From assembly GCA_035295225.1 (NCBI GenBank), contig DATGJI010000016.1, positions 1,243-65,242 on the forward strand: a stretch of DNA of 64,000 nucleotides. The letters are read 5' to 3'. This document shows, in pieces, positions 28,107 through 37,570 of the stretch. The position numbers and the translations under genes were made by a program. This DNA comes from Candidatus Eremiobacteraceae bacterium. Its GTDB lineage: Bacteria; Vulcanimicrobiota; Vulcanimicrobiia; Eremiobacterales; Eremiobacteraceae. The notes below the pieces were generated by a model. That model was not told the origin of the DNA and did no database searches. It saw only the letters and a list, made by a program, of their open reading frames with translations. Every line of letters starts with the position of its first letter. The stretch's first letter is position 1.

Positions 28107-30236
28107 GTGCCAGTGAACGCAATGGATGGACTGCTCGCCGGGGCGGGCGCGACGCAAGGAATCGTGGCCATCGAACCGGACGCAGGAGCCGGAATCGCCC
28201 GGACGTATCGTCGCGACAGCAACGGCGTGACGTCCTCCGACGTGCCGCTGCAAGCGTGGCTCGTCGCGCGCCGGGCGCTTGACGGGTCCGTCGAACTTTC
28301 CGGTCGCCACCCGATGCGGCATCTCTGGTCATCCGCAGACGCGACACGCGTCGCAAGCATCGCCGCGAATCTCGCCGCCGATCAGCGTCTCGTCTATCTC
28401 GATCCGATCACGGCTCACCTGGTCGCGAGCGGCGAGACGTTCTACAAAGGCATGCTCTTTACGGATTTGCGACGTCTTCAGTTCGATCTCGAGACACTCG
28501 ACGTGTTGCCGCACAGAGACGGCGCCGAGATCTGCCTCATCGGCGTCCGTGACACAACCGGATACGAGCGCGTCCTCGCGCTCGACGAGTTCGAGAACGA
28601 AGGCGCGCTCATCGCCGAGTTCGCGCGCATCGTCCGAGAGCGCGACCCGGACATCGTCGAAGGTCACAACATCTTCAATTTCGACCTCTGGTATCTTGAA
28701 GAGCGAGCTCGGCGCGCCGGCGTTCCGCTGCTGCTCGGCCGCGACGGCCGCACGCCGCTCATGCGCGACGACTCCATCCGGCGTTCCGGTCAGAACGGCA
28801 TGCTGGTCAAGTACTATCGCATTCACGGCCGCCAGGTCGTCGACACGTTCTTCGGCGCGTTGCGTTGGGATGTCGGCCGCCGGCTGCCGAACTACAAACT
28901 CAAATCGATCGTCCGCCATCTCGGCATCGGCGTACAAGATCGCGTGATGGTCGACGCGTCGAAGATGCGCGGTCTCTGGGCGGACCCTGCCGAACGCGGA
29001 CGACTCAAGGCGTACTGCCTGGACGACGCGCGCGACGCCGAACGGCTTTCGAATCTCGTGACGCCGAATGAGTTTTACCAGGCGCAATTCGTGCCCGAAT
29101 CGCTGCAGGGCCTTGCATGGGTGGGGATCGGCAGCCGTATCGAACGGCTGCTCGTCCGCGCGTATCTGCACGCGCGCCACTCGATCCCGCGGCCGCGGGC
29201 CGTTGGGCCGGTAGCGGGCGGATATACCGTCGCGTTCGAGACCGGATTGTTCCGCAACGTCGTCAAGTGCGACGTCGAAAGCCTCTATCCGTCCATCATG
29301 ATATCGCGCGGCATCAAGCCGCAAGACGACGACCTCGACGTCTTTCTTCCATTACTGACGGCGTTGCGTCAGCGCCGCATCGATGCGAAGCGCAGCGCGG
29401 AGCGCGCCCGTGCCGAGAACCGCGATGATCTCGCCGCCGACGGGTTGCAGAACGCTTTTAAGATCTTGATCAACTCGTTCTACGGTTTTCTCGGGACCAC
29501 CGGCCTGCATTTCAACGACGCGACGGCGGCGGGCGCTATCACGGAAGCCGGACGCGCCGTGCTTGAGCGTATCGTGGCCGAACTGCGCGCGCAAGAGTGC
29601 TTGGTGATCGAAGCGGACACTGACGGCGCATACTTCGTGCCGCCGTCAGGTGCCGATCCGGCGGGCATCGTGGCGCGCGCGAATGCGGCGATCGGCGAGG
29701 GTCTCAACCTCGTCGTCGAAGAGCGGTATCCAACGATGCTCTCGCTCAAAGCGAAGACATACGCGCTCGAGCGCGCCGGCGGCGAGATCGTGCTGCGCGG
29801 ATCGGCGCTCAAGTCAAATCGCGACGAGCCGTTCGGCGCCGTTCTGCTGCGGGCCATCGCGTCCGCGCTCATCCAAGGCCGGCAGGTAGACGTTGCCCCG
29901 CTCGTGCGCGACGCCGTGGAGCGCGTTCGTACCGGCGGGTTCGAACCGATCGCGTTTGCCCGCCGGGAATCGGTGACGCAGAAGACGTTTAGCGCGCCGG
30001 GGAACCGCCGCTTAGCGCAGGCGTTGCTCGACAAGGGCGTCGTCGTGGGCGACAAAGTGAACGTCTATCGGCGGGAGGGCGGCGAACTAGCGTTGTTGGA
30101 GGAGTACGCGGGCGACGAAGATCGCGGACATCTCCTGAAACGCATCGCAGACTTTGTCGGACGATTCGGCGATCTCGTGCCGGACGAGGCGCGCCGCGCG
30201 GCGATCGAAGATCCGGACCAGCTTTCGTTGCTATGA
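28107..30236 (+). CDS. polB: family B DNA polymerase (Pol II-like) with 3-prime-5-prime exonuclease domain
   Basis: Exo I FDLETL, Exo II HNIFNFDLWYL, Exo III YCLDDARDAERL. Pol motif A DVESLYPSIM, B KILINSFYGFLG, C VIEADTDGAYF. Confidence 0.85.
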   Translation: MPVNAMDGLLAGAGATQGIVAIEPDAGAGIARTYRRDSNGVTSSDVPLQAWLVARRALDGSVELSGRHPMRHLWSSADATRVASIAANLAADQRLVYLDPITAHLVASGETFYKGMLFTDLRRLQFDLETLDVLPHRDGAEICLIGVRDTTGYERVLALDEFENEGALIAEFARIVRERDPDIVEGHNIFNFDLWYLEERARRAGVPLLLGRDGRTPLMRDDSIRRSGQNGMLVKYYRIHGRQVVDTFFGALRWDVGRRLPNYKLKSIVRHLGIGVQDRVMVDASKMRGLWADPAERGRLKAYCLDDARDAERLSNLVTPNEFYQAQFVPESLQGLAWVGIGSRIERLLVRAYLHARHSIPRPRAVGPVAGGYTVAFETGLFRNVVKCDVESLYPSIMISRGIKPQDDDLDVFLPLLTALRQRRIDAKRSAERARAENRDDLAADGLQNAFKILINSFYGFLGTTGLHFNDATAAGAITEAGRAVLERIVAELRAQECLVIEADTDGAYFVPPSGADPAGIVARANAAIGEGLNLVVEERYPTMLSLKAKTYALERAGGEIVLRGSALKSNRDEPFGAVLLRAIASALIQGRQVDVAPLVRDAVERVRTGGFEPIAFARRESVTQKTFSAPGNRRLAQALLDKGVVVGDKVNVYRREGGELALLEEYAGDEDRGHLLKRIADFVGRFGDLVPDEARRAAIEDPDQLSLL

Positions 30237-30248
30237 GAATGGGTACTA

Positions 30249-31328
30249 ATGCCGACTGAACAGATCGGGGTCGCCGTCATCGGAACCGGATTCGGCGCGC
30301 GCTGCCAGATGCCGGCGTTTGCCGCGCATCCCGAGACCAGACTCGCGGCCGTCGCGTCGCAATCGTTGGATCGTGCGCGCATGACCGCGCAGACGTTCGG
30401 CGTGCCGTTCTTCACCGACGACTATCGCAAGGCGATCGCACGCGACGACGTACAGCTGGTCAGCATCGTGACGCCGCCGCATCTTCATGCGCCGATCGCG
30501 ATCGCAGCGCTGCGCGCCGGCAAACACGTCATCTGCGAAAAACCGTTCGCGATGAACGAGCGCGAGGCGCGGGCGATGGTTGAGGCAGCGCGTAGGGCAA
30601 AGCGCGTCGGATTAATCGACCACGAGTTCCGTTTCTTGCCCGAGCGGCTGCGCATGCGCGAGCTTGTCGACGACGGGTGGCTTGGCACCGTCGAACGCAT
30701 CGCGTTCGTCGACAGCTCGAGCTGGATGGCGGCAGGCGGTGATTACCGCTTCGGCTGGCAATCGCAGGCGAAATGCGGCGGCGGCATCTTGGGGGCGCTT
30801 GGATCGCACGCTATCGACTTCTGCCGGACGATAGCCGGGGAGGTGCGCGAAGTCGACGCCACGCTCGCGACGAAGGTCAAACAACAGCCGCGGCGGCAAG
30901 GTGCCGCCGGAACCGTCGATGCGGACGACAATGCGAGTGTCCGCCTGATCCACGCCGACGGCGCCATTTCGGTGATCGAGCTATGCGCGACCGCGGCAGC
31001 TGCCTCTTCAGCCATCATCGTGAGCGGAACGAAAGGCGTGCTGCGGATCGACGGCGGTCAGTTGTTCGGTGTCCGCGAAGGCGAAGGGGCCATTCCAGTG
31101 ACGTCTCCCGCGCGCTCGCGCAAGAAGTTCCCGCCGGGTTCGCATCGCCTCGTGCCCGCGTTCTATTCATTCTTGGGCGAGGCGATAGCCGCGATGCGGG
31201 GTGAAAGTTCGACCGCGCCGACATTCCTGGATGGCCTGCGCGTGCAGAGCGTCCTCGATGCAGCGCGGCGATCCGCTCGCGCACGCCGCGTCGTGCGTAT
31301 CGTCGTGCGAAAGGGGCGAGGTTCGTGA
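30249..31328 (+). CDS. Gfo/Idh/MocA family oxidoreductase
   Basis: IGVAVIGTGFGARCQMPAF Rossmann start; EKPFAMN motif. Confidence 0.85.
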   Translation: MPTEQIGVAVIGTGFGARCQMPAFAAHPETRLAAVASQSLDRARMTAQTFGVPFFTDDYRKAIARDDVQLVSIVTPPHLHAPIAIAALRAGKHVICEKPFAMNEREARAMVEAARRAKRVGLIDHEFRFLPERLRMRELVDDGWLGTVERIAFVDSSSWMAAGGDYRFGWQSQAKCGGGILGALGSHAIDFCRTIAGEVREVDATLATKVKQQPRRQGAAGTVDADDNASVRLIHADGAISVIELCATAAAASSAIIVSGTKGVLRIDGGQLFGVREGEGAIPVTSPARSRKKFPPGSHRLVPAFYSFLGEAIAAMRGESSTAPTFLDGLRVQSVLDAARRSARARRVVRIVVRKGRGS

Positions 31329-32161
31329 CGCGAGGCGCTCGTGAAGATTTTCATGACCTTTCAAATGCCGTCGGCGGAATTCTTGTGGGCGCCGAACTCG
31401 GCGAGCGCCGGTCGAAGGCGGACGAAGACCGCGCCGCATTCGCAACACTCGCGATCGGGGCGCGCCGCGCGGCCGAGCTCATGGCCGCCCTCAGGCCGGC
31501 GATCGCCGCCGCCTCCGAACCCGCGCAAAGCGATGCCGCGCGCGACGGCGCCTACATCGAATCGTTGAGTCCGAAGTTGGCTCCGCTGCTCGAGCGGACG
31601 AAGCAGATGTGCGAGCGCGACTCGGTACCGCTCTTGGACCTCGCGAGCGCGAGGCTGCTCGCCGTCCTCGTCACGCTCGCAAAGCCGAAGAACATTCTCG
31701 AATTGGGAACTGCTAACGGCTATTCGGCTCTGTGGATGGCGCAGGCGTTTGATGAAGCAACTGTCCTCACGGTCGAGCCGGACGCCGGGCGAGCGGCGGC
31801 TGCGCGCGCACTTTTCAGCGAAGCCGGCGTATCGGAAAGAATCGAGGTCGTGGAACAGCCCGCGCTCGCCGTCATTGCGGCTTTGGGCGATCGGCGCTTC
31901 GAGTTCGTCTTCATCGACGCGGTGAAGAGTGAATACGCGGCTTACCTAGCTGCTGTCATGCCCCACATACGAACGGGCGGTATCGTCGTGGCAGATAATC
32001 TGCTTTGGAGCCACCGTGCCTCCGCCACTCCGTCGAGCGACGACGATCCCAGCACCGTCGGGATCAGAACTTTCAATGCACAATTCATGTCACACCCATC
32101 GCTGCGCGCCGTCATCTTGCCCGTCGGCGACGGCGTGGGCGTCGGCGTCAAAATCGGATAG
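31325..32161 (+). CDS. SAM-dependent O-methyltransferase (family 3) with N-terminal HisKA-like DHp hairpin
   Basis: GTGA overlap with the upstream gene; FHDLSNAVGGILVGAEL H-box-like; ILELGTANGYSALWMA, VFIDAVKSEY, GGIVVADNLLW. Alternative start ATG 31481. Confidence 0.8.
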   Translation: MTRGAREDFHDLSNAVGGILVGAELGERRSKADEDRAAFATLAIGARRAAELMAALRPAIAAASEPAQSDAARDGAYIESLSPKLAPLLERTKQMCERDSVPLLDLASARLLAVLVTLAKPKNILELGTANGYSALWMAQAFDEATVLTVEPDAGRAAAARALFSEAGVSERIEVVEQPALAVIAALGDRRFEFVFIDAVKSEYAAYLAAVMPHIRTGGIVVADNLLWSHRASATPSSDDDPSTVGIRTFNAQFMSHPSLRAVILPVGDGVGVGVKIG

Positions 32162-32171
32162 GAGCGCCCAC

Positions 32172-33161
32172 ATGCGTCGTCACTGGCTCACGGCCTTTTT
32201 CGGCCTTTCCCTCGTCCTCGCGGCGGCGCCGCAGGTGGTTCGTGCCGACGCTTCGCCCGCGCCGCTGATCGCCAAGCCCGCGATCGCCGTGCCTCGTTCC
32301 CCGGGATCGTTCGACTATATGTACGTGGATATCGCGCGGCGATATCTTCTCGTGGCACACACGGGGTCGAAGTCATTGGACGTCTTCAACCTCGACACCG
32401 GCGCTTTGCTGCGGCAAATAAATGTCGGTTCGCCACACGGCGTCGCGATCGACGTCAAAGACCGCAAATACTTCGTCAGCACGATCGAAGGCATCGTGGC
32501 GGTCGTGGATCGCGACAATCTCGTGCTCAACGACAGGCCGATGACGCCCGGTCCGGGCGACGCTATGGCTTTCGATCCAAAGAACGACACGGTTTACGTC
32601 GACGAAGATGGAGGGACGCGCATCTTCACGGTGAGCGGCCGCACGAACAAACCCGGCCCCGTGATAACGATTCCGCAAGATCCTGAGTATCTGAACTACG
32701 ATCCCGTCACCGACAAGCTGTATCAGAACATCGTCTCGACGAATGCCGTCCTTGTCATCGATCCGGCTACGAATGCCGTGACCGCGACGTGGTCAACCTT
32801 GCCCGTCACATCGCCGCACGGCCAAGCAATCGACTCCGCTGCCGGGCGACTGTTCGTCGCGGGTTCGAACGCGACGCTCGTCATGATCGACATGAAGTCA
32901 GGCGCAGTCATCGGCCAGGCGACGATCGCGCCGCGAGTCGATCAGATCGCATTCGATCCGGGGACGCAGCGCGTGTACTGCGCAAGCGGCACCGGTCTGC
33001 TTTCCGTAGTCCAGGAGACGCCGACCGGACTAGTGGCGCTGCCCGACGTCATCGTTCCCGAGCACGCGCACACGGTAGTCGTGGACCCGGCCACGCATGC
33101 CGTCTGGATCTCCTATGGCGGCAGCCAAACCGACTACATCATGCAGCTCACCCCACCGTAG
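32172..33161 (+). CDS. secreted YncE/YVTN-like beta-propeller repeat protein
   Basis: ATG 32172; signal peptide MRRHWLTAFFGLSLVLAAAPQVVRA; repeated ..P.G.A.D... blades. Confidence 0.65.
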   Translation: MRRHWLTAFFGLSLVLAAAPQVVRADASPAPLIAKPAIAVPRSPGSFDYMYVDIARRYLLVAHTGSKSLDVFNLDTGALLRQINVGSPHGVAIDVKDRKYFVSTIEGIVAVVDRDNLVLNDRPMTPGPGDAMAFDPKNDTVYVDEDGGTRIFTVSGRTNKPGPVITIPQDPEYLNYDPVTDKLYQNIVSTNAVLVIDPATNAVTATWSTLPVTSPHGQAIDSAAGRLFVAGSNATLVMIDMKSGAVIGQATIAPRVDQIAFDPGTQRVYCASGTGLLSVVQETPTGLVALPDVIVPEHAHTVVVDPATHAVWISYGGSQTDYIMQLTPP

Positions 33162-33176
33162 GCCGGCTCTCGACGT

Positions 33177-33249
33177 GGGCCGATGTGAGATCGGCCCCTT
33201 CAAAGCCAACGAACGCCAATGTTCGAAGGGGCCGGCTTCATGTCGGCCC
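33177..33249. repeat. two GAAGGGGCCG-family hairpins in opposite orientation; the second looks like the terminator of the propeller gene
   Basis: GGGCCGAT-GTGAG-ATCGGCCC-CTTC and GAAGGGGCCG-GCTTCATGT-CGGCCC followed by TATTTATTAT. Confidence 0.55.
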
Positions 33250-33261
33250 TATTTATTATCC

Positions 33262-33290
33262 TTGACTTTAAGTATTATTTAAAGTAAACT
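33262..33290 (+). promoter_or_regulatory. sigma-70-like promoter of the DUF2975-XRE operon
   Basis: TTGACT - 17 nt - TAAACT in the most AT-rich stretch of the window. AGGAGG lies 5 nt before GTG 33333. Confidence 0.45.
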
Positions 33291-33332
33291 GCGTGTAACC
33301 TAAATAAGTTTAACTATCAGCAGGAGGCACCT

Positions 33333-33809
33333 GTGTCGAAGGCACCCATTCCGTTCGCGGCTATGCTAACCCGGTTCATGGCGCTTGCGCTCGGGCTCTC
33401 CCTGTTCTTCGCGAATCTCGGCGCACCCGAGCTCCTGCATCTGACAGGCGGCAGCCATGCCATGTTGACCCCGGTCTACTGGGTGAGTCTCGTGGCGCCG
33501 GCCTTCTTTCTGTGGGGGCTTTGGGCGGCGTCGACAGCCATCACCCGGATGGATCGCGGCGACGCATTCGGTCCGGTGGCCGCGCGGGCTTTGAAAGAGA
33601 TAGGCGGCTGTCTCATGCTCGGCTCGTTCGCCGCTGCCGTCGTGCAGCCAAGTTTGATCTATCTCATCGGCAATGGGTTCACAGAGATGCGCGGCGTCCG
33701 CATGGATCTCGACGTCGAGAACGTCACGCTTGCCCTCGTCGGTTTCGTGCTCATCTTGCTGGCGCAGCAAGGACAGAAACTGCAATCGAAACTGGATCAG
33801 TTCGTCTGA
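33333..33809 (+). CDS. DUF2975-like membrane protein
   Basis: 4 TM helices; 1-nt overlap (TGATG) with a YozG-type XRE regulator, the usual partner. Confidence 0.65.
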   Translation: MSKAPIPFAAMLTRFMALALGLSLFFANLGAPELLHLTGGSHAMLTPVYWVSLVAPAFFLWGLWAASTAITRMDRGDAFGPVAARALKEIGGCLMLGSFAAAVVQPSLIYLIGNGFTEMRGVRMDLDVENVTLALVGFVLILLAQQGQKLQSKLDQFV

Positions 33810-34042
33810 TGCCGGTTCGGGTTACCTTAGACGTCATGCTCGCGCGGCGCAAGATGCGCGCCCGCGACGTAGCCGAGAAGATCGGCCTTTCGGAGACCCA
33901 GCTGAGCCTGCTGCGCACGGGTAAGGTCAGGGGAATGCGCTTCGAGACACTCTCAAAGCTTTGTCTCGTCCTCGATTGCACTCCGGGCGAAATCCTCGAA
34001 TACGATCGAGATGAAACCGACTTAAGCGTTAAATCGGAATAA
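33809..34042 (+). CDS. XRE-family (YozG-like) helix-turn-helix regulator
   Basis: VTLDVMLARRKMRARDVAEKIGLSETQLSLLRTGKVRGMRFETLSKLCLVLDCTPGEILEY. Confidence 0.85.
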   Translation: MPVRVTLDVMLARRKMRARDVAEKIGLSETQLSLLRTGKVRGMRFETLSKLCLVLDCTPGEILEYDRDETDLSVKSE

Positions 34043-34762
34043 TCAGTCCTCGCCGAGGTACGCCTTTCGCACGTCATCGTCGTTCAACAACGCGTCGGCA
34101 GTGCCGGATTTCACGATCGCACCCGTTTCGAGCACGTAGCCGCGCGACGCGACTTGAAGCGCCTTGCGCGCGTTCTGCTCGATGAGCAGGATCGTGACGC
34201 CGCGTTTGTTGATGTCGCGGATCACCGAGAAGATCGTGTCCACGAGAATCGGCGACAATCCCATCGACGGCTCGTCGAGCAACAGCACCGTCGGCTTGGA
34301 CATCAGCGCGCGCGCGATCGCGAGCATCTGCTGCTCGCCGCCGGAGAGCGTGCCGCCGCGCTGCGTCATGCGCTCGTTCAATCGCGGGAAGAGCGCGAGC
34401 ACTTCGGCGAGATCGCTCTTGATGGCCGAGGTATCGCTTCGCGCGAAAGCGCCGAGCTCGAGGTTCTCGCGCACGCTCATGCGCGGAAAGATGCGCCGTC
34501 CCTCGGGTGAATGCACGACACCCATGCGCACGACCGCATCGGCAGAGTACGGCATCAGATCCTGACCGCGGAACTGAACGGTTCCGCGCGCCGGCTTCAA
34601 CAATCCGGAGATGGTGCGCAGCGTCGTGGTCTTGCCGGCCCCGTTTGCGCCGATGAGCGCCACGATCTCGCCTTCGTTGACGTCGAGCGTCACGCCGCGC
34701 AGCGCCTGAATGCGTCCGTAGTAGGTCTCGATGCCCGATAGGGCGAGAACGGGCTGCGTCAT
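34043..34762 (-). CDS. livF: branched-chain amino acid ABC transporter ATP-binding protein
   Basis: GANGAGKTT, LSGGEQQMLAIARAL, LLLDEPS. Confidence 0.9.
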   Translation of the reverse strand: MTQPVLALSGIETYYGRIQALRGVTLDVNEGEIVALIGANGAGKTTTLRTISGLLKPARGTVQFRGQDLMPYSADAVVRMGVVHSPEGRRIFPRMSVRENLELGAFARSDTSAIKSDLAEVLALFPRLNERMTQRGGTLSGGEQQMLAIARALMSKPTVLLLDEPSMGLSPILVDTIFSVIRDINKRGVTILLIEQNARKALQVASRGYVLETGAIVKSGTADALLNDDDVRKAYLGED

Positions 34763-35520
34763 GCGCCCTTCCCGAGATATGCTTCGATGACGCGCTGATC
34801 GTGGCGGACCGCATCGGGTTTGCCGTGCGCTATTTCTTCGCCGTAGTCGAGGACGTGGACGTAATCCGAGATGCCCATGACCAATTTCATGTCGTGTTCG
34901 ATGAGCAGGACGGTCACGCCGCGATCCCGGATCGCCTGCACGAGCTTCATCAAGCCGATCTTCTCAGCGGGGTTCGTGCCCGCCGCGGGCTCATCGAGCA
35001 GCAGCAGCTTCGGCTCGGACGCAAGCGCGCGCGCGATCTCAAGCCGTCGCTGCATGCCATACGGAAGATTGCGCGCCCATTCCGTTGCGTAGCGCTCCAA
35101 GCCGATCCATTCGAGCAGCGCCATGGCGGACGTATCGGAGCTGCGCTCCTCTTTTTGCGCGAACGGGGTGCGGAATGCACAGTCCCACGTGGCCGAGCGC
35201 ATGCGTGCATGCCGTCCGACGAGCACGTTTTCGAGCACGGTCATGTGCGAGAAGAGGCGGATGTTCTGGAACGTCCGCAAAATCCCGCGCGCCGCGACGG
35301 AGTGCGGCTTCAGGCCTTCGATCGCATGTTCATCGAACACGATGGAGCCGGAAGTCGGCATGTAGATGCCGGTGATGAGGTTGAAGACCGTCGATTTGCC
35401 GGCGCCGTTCGGGCCGATCAAGCTGATGATAGCGCCGGCCTCGACGTCGAACGTGAGGTTCTTGACCGCCGTCAGGCCGCCGAACGACTTGGTCACACCC
35501 CGCAGCGAGAGGAGCGCCAT
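34759..35520 (-). CDS. livG: branched-chain amino acid ABC transporter ATP-binding protein
   Basis: ATG 35520 (ATGA overlap with the livM stop); MALLSLRGVTKSFGGLTAV, GPNGAGKST, LLLDEPAAG. Confidence 0.9.
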   Translation of the reverse strand: MALLSLRGVTKSFGGLTAVKNLTFDVEAGAIISLIGPNGAGKSTVFNLITGIYMPTSGSIVFDEHAIEGLKPHSVAARGILRTFQNIRLFSHMTVLENVLVGRHARMRSATWDCAFRTPFAQKEERSSDTSAMALLEWIGLERYATEWARNLPYGMQRRLEIARALASEPKLLLLDEPAAGTNPAEKIGLMKLVQAIRDRGVTVLLIEHDMKLVMGISDYVHVLDYGEEIAHGKPDAVRHDQRVIEAYLGKGA

Positions 35521-36623
35521 CACGCCACCTCCGGGCTCTTCATGCTTTCGCGCAGTTCTGCGCGAACGGTGGCGCTTGGAATCAAGCCTTCCGGTCTGAA
35601 CAACATGACCAGCACGAGGATGACGCCGTATAACATGAAGCGATATTGCGTGAGATCGACGTTCATGAGAAACGTGCTGTGTATGCTGGCGCCGATCGCG
35701 TGCGCCCAATTCGAGGCTTGCGGCAGGATCAAGAAATTGAGCATCGCCACGATGGACCCGCCGACCAGAACGCCCGAGAGATTGCCCATGCCGCCAAGCA
35801 CGATCGCCGCCAGAATCATGATCGACATATTGAAGTCGAAACCGCTTGGGCTGATCGTGCTCAACTTCGCCGCATAGATGACGCCCGCCACTCCGGCGAA
35901 AGCCGCGCCCATCGAAAATGCGAGAAGCTTGGCCGTCATCGTGTTGATGCCCATGTGCTCGGCGGCAAGCTCGTCTTCGCGAATCGCCATCCACGCGCGT
36001 CCGAGCCGCGAGTTGCGCAGATTTGCGAGCAAAATCAGACAGATGCAGATCACGGCCATATAAAGATAGTAGTATGGCGTCGGGTTGAATCCGAAATGGT
36101 AGCTGCCGAGCACCGGTTGGTCCACGGCCGCGATGCCGTCGGGCCCGCCGGTCCACTTGTCGAGATTCTGAAACAGCTGGGGGACGATCTCGCCGAATCC
36201 CAGGGTCACGATGGCCAGATAGTCGCCGCGCAACCGTAAAGTCGGGGCGCCGAGGATGACCCCGAAAGCCGCGGCCACGGCGGCACTGACGAGCAGCATG
36301 AGCCAGAACGAAACGTGGTAGCCGTCCGGATGCGCGGTGCTCGCGAGCTGCGGCGAGGCGACGAAAGCGTACGTGTAGGCGCCGATCGCGAAGAACGCCG
36401 CGAAGCCAAGGGCGAGAAGCCCCGTGTAGCCGACGATGATATTCAATCCAAACGCGAGCAGTAGGATGTATCCCGCGTCCGCAACCGCGGAGATGTGCGA
36501 GCTGTTGGAATCCAACATCGGCAGCAGCAAGAGCGCGACGACGATAAGTCCGCCGACGACCACTTGCCGGCCGGTGTAGCGCGATAGGCCGAAAGGCAGC
36601 CACGTGACTCGCTGGTTCAGCAC
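35520..36623 (-). CDS. livM: branched-chain amino acid ABC transporter permease
   Basis: GTG 36623; polytopic; NIIVGYTGLLALGFAAFFAIGAY. Confidence 0.85.
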   Translation of the reverse strand: MLNQRVTWLPFGLSRYTGRQVVVGGLIVVALLLLPMLDSNSSHISAVADAGYILLLAFGLNIIVGYTGLLALGFAAFFAIGAYTYAFVASPQLASTAHPDGYHVSFWLMLLVSAAVAAAFGVILGAPTLRLRGDYLAIVTLGFGEIVPQLFQNLDKWTGGPDGIAAVDQPVLGSYHFGFNPTPYYYLYMAVICICLILLANLRNSRLGRAWMAIREDELAAEHMGINTMTAKLLAFSMGAAFAGVAGVIYAAKLSTISPSGFDFNMSIMILAAIVLGGMGNLSGVLVGGSIVAMLNFLILPQASNWAHAIGASIHSTFLMNVDLTQYRFMLYGVILVLVMLFRPEGLIPSATVRAELRESMKSPEVA

Positions 36624-36630
36624 CCGCGCC

Positions 36631-37563
36631 TCACACTTTCTCCGGCAGTTGCTGACCGAGCAGGCCGCTCGGCCGGAAGACGAGCGTCAAAATCAAAATC
36701 GCGAACACCGCGACCTCCGACCACTGATCGGAGATGCAGCCCGATGTCATCGTCTCGACGATGCCGATGACGAAGCCGCCGAGCATAGCGCCCGTGATGT
36801 TGCCGATGCCGCCGAGCACGGCTGCGGTGAACGCCTTGAGTCCGGCTTGGTAGCCGTTCAAGAAAAAGGTGGTGCCGTAATACATGCCCGAGATGAACCC
36901 GGCGACGCCGGCGAGCGCGGAACCGATGAAAAACGTCCAGGCGATCGTGGAGTTGACATTGATGCCCATGAGCTGGGCCGCGTCACGATCTTGCGCCGTC
37001 GCGCGCATCGCCTTGCCCAGCTTCGTATGGAACACGAAGAGGTTGAGCAGGACCATGCATATGATGCTGACGACGACCACCAGCAGCGAACGATCGTCGA
37101 AACGCACACCGCCGATCTGGTGCCAATGATCGGGGAGGAACTGAGGAAACGAGACCTCGGAATTGCCCTTCCAGATCTGCATGATGTTCTCGAGGATCAA
37201 CGACACTCCGATGGCGGTGATCAGGGGCGCAAGACGCGGCGCATTGCGCAAGCGCCTATATGCGAGACGCTCGATCAGCACGCCGATGATGCCGCAAAGC
37301 AGCGCCGCCAAGATGATGACTGCGACCGCGATCAGACCGAGCACGGTGGGATTGGAGATCGTCGCGAGCGGGATGAGTCCTAATATCGAGAGCGAGATGA
37401 ACGAGCCGAGCGTGTAGACGTCGCCGTGCGCGAAGTTGATCAGTTCGATGATGCCGTACACCATCGTGTAGCCGAGCGCGATGAGCGCGTACAAGCCACC
37501 TAGCGCGACGCCGTTTATGAGTTGCTGGATGAACTGCGGCGCGCAGTTATGGATCTCGAACAC
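36631..37563 (-). CDS. livH: branched-chain amino acid ABC transporter permease
   Basis: FIQQLINGVALGGLYALIALGYTMVYGIIELINFAHGD. Confidence 0.9.
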   Translation of the reverse strand: MFEIHNCAPQFIQQLINGVALGGLYALIALGYTMVYGIIELINFAHGDVYTLGSFISLSILGLIPLATISNPTVLGLIAVAVIILAALLCGIIGVLIERLAYRRLRNAPRLAPLITAIGVSLILENIMQIWKGNSEVSFPQFLPDHWHQIGGVRFDDRSLLVVVVSIICMVLLNLFVFHTKLGKAMRATAQDRDAAQLMGINVNSTIAWTFFIGSALAGVAGFISGMYYGTTFFLNGYQAGLKAFTAAVLGGIGNITGAMLGGFVIGIVETMTSGCISDQWSEVAVFAILILTLVFRPSGLLGQQLPEKV

Positions 37564-37570
37564 GAAGGCG

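Noticed and set aside
35521-36603. The N-terminal 360 residues of the 614-aa track ORF that ends as livG.
   Set aside because: This part is an out-of-frame read through the livM coding region and is Arg/Gly/His-rich. The genuine livG begins at ATG 35520, with an ATGA overlap to the livM stop.
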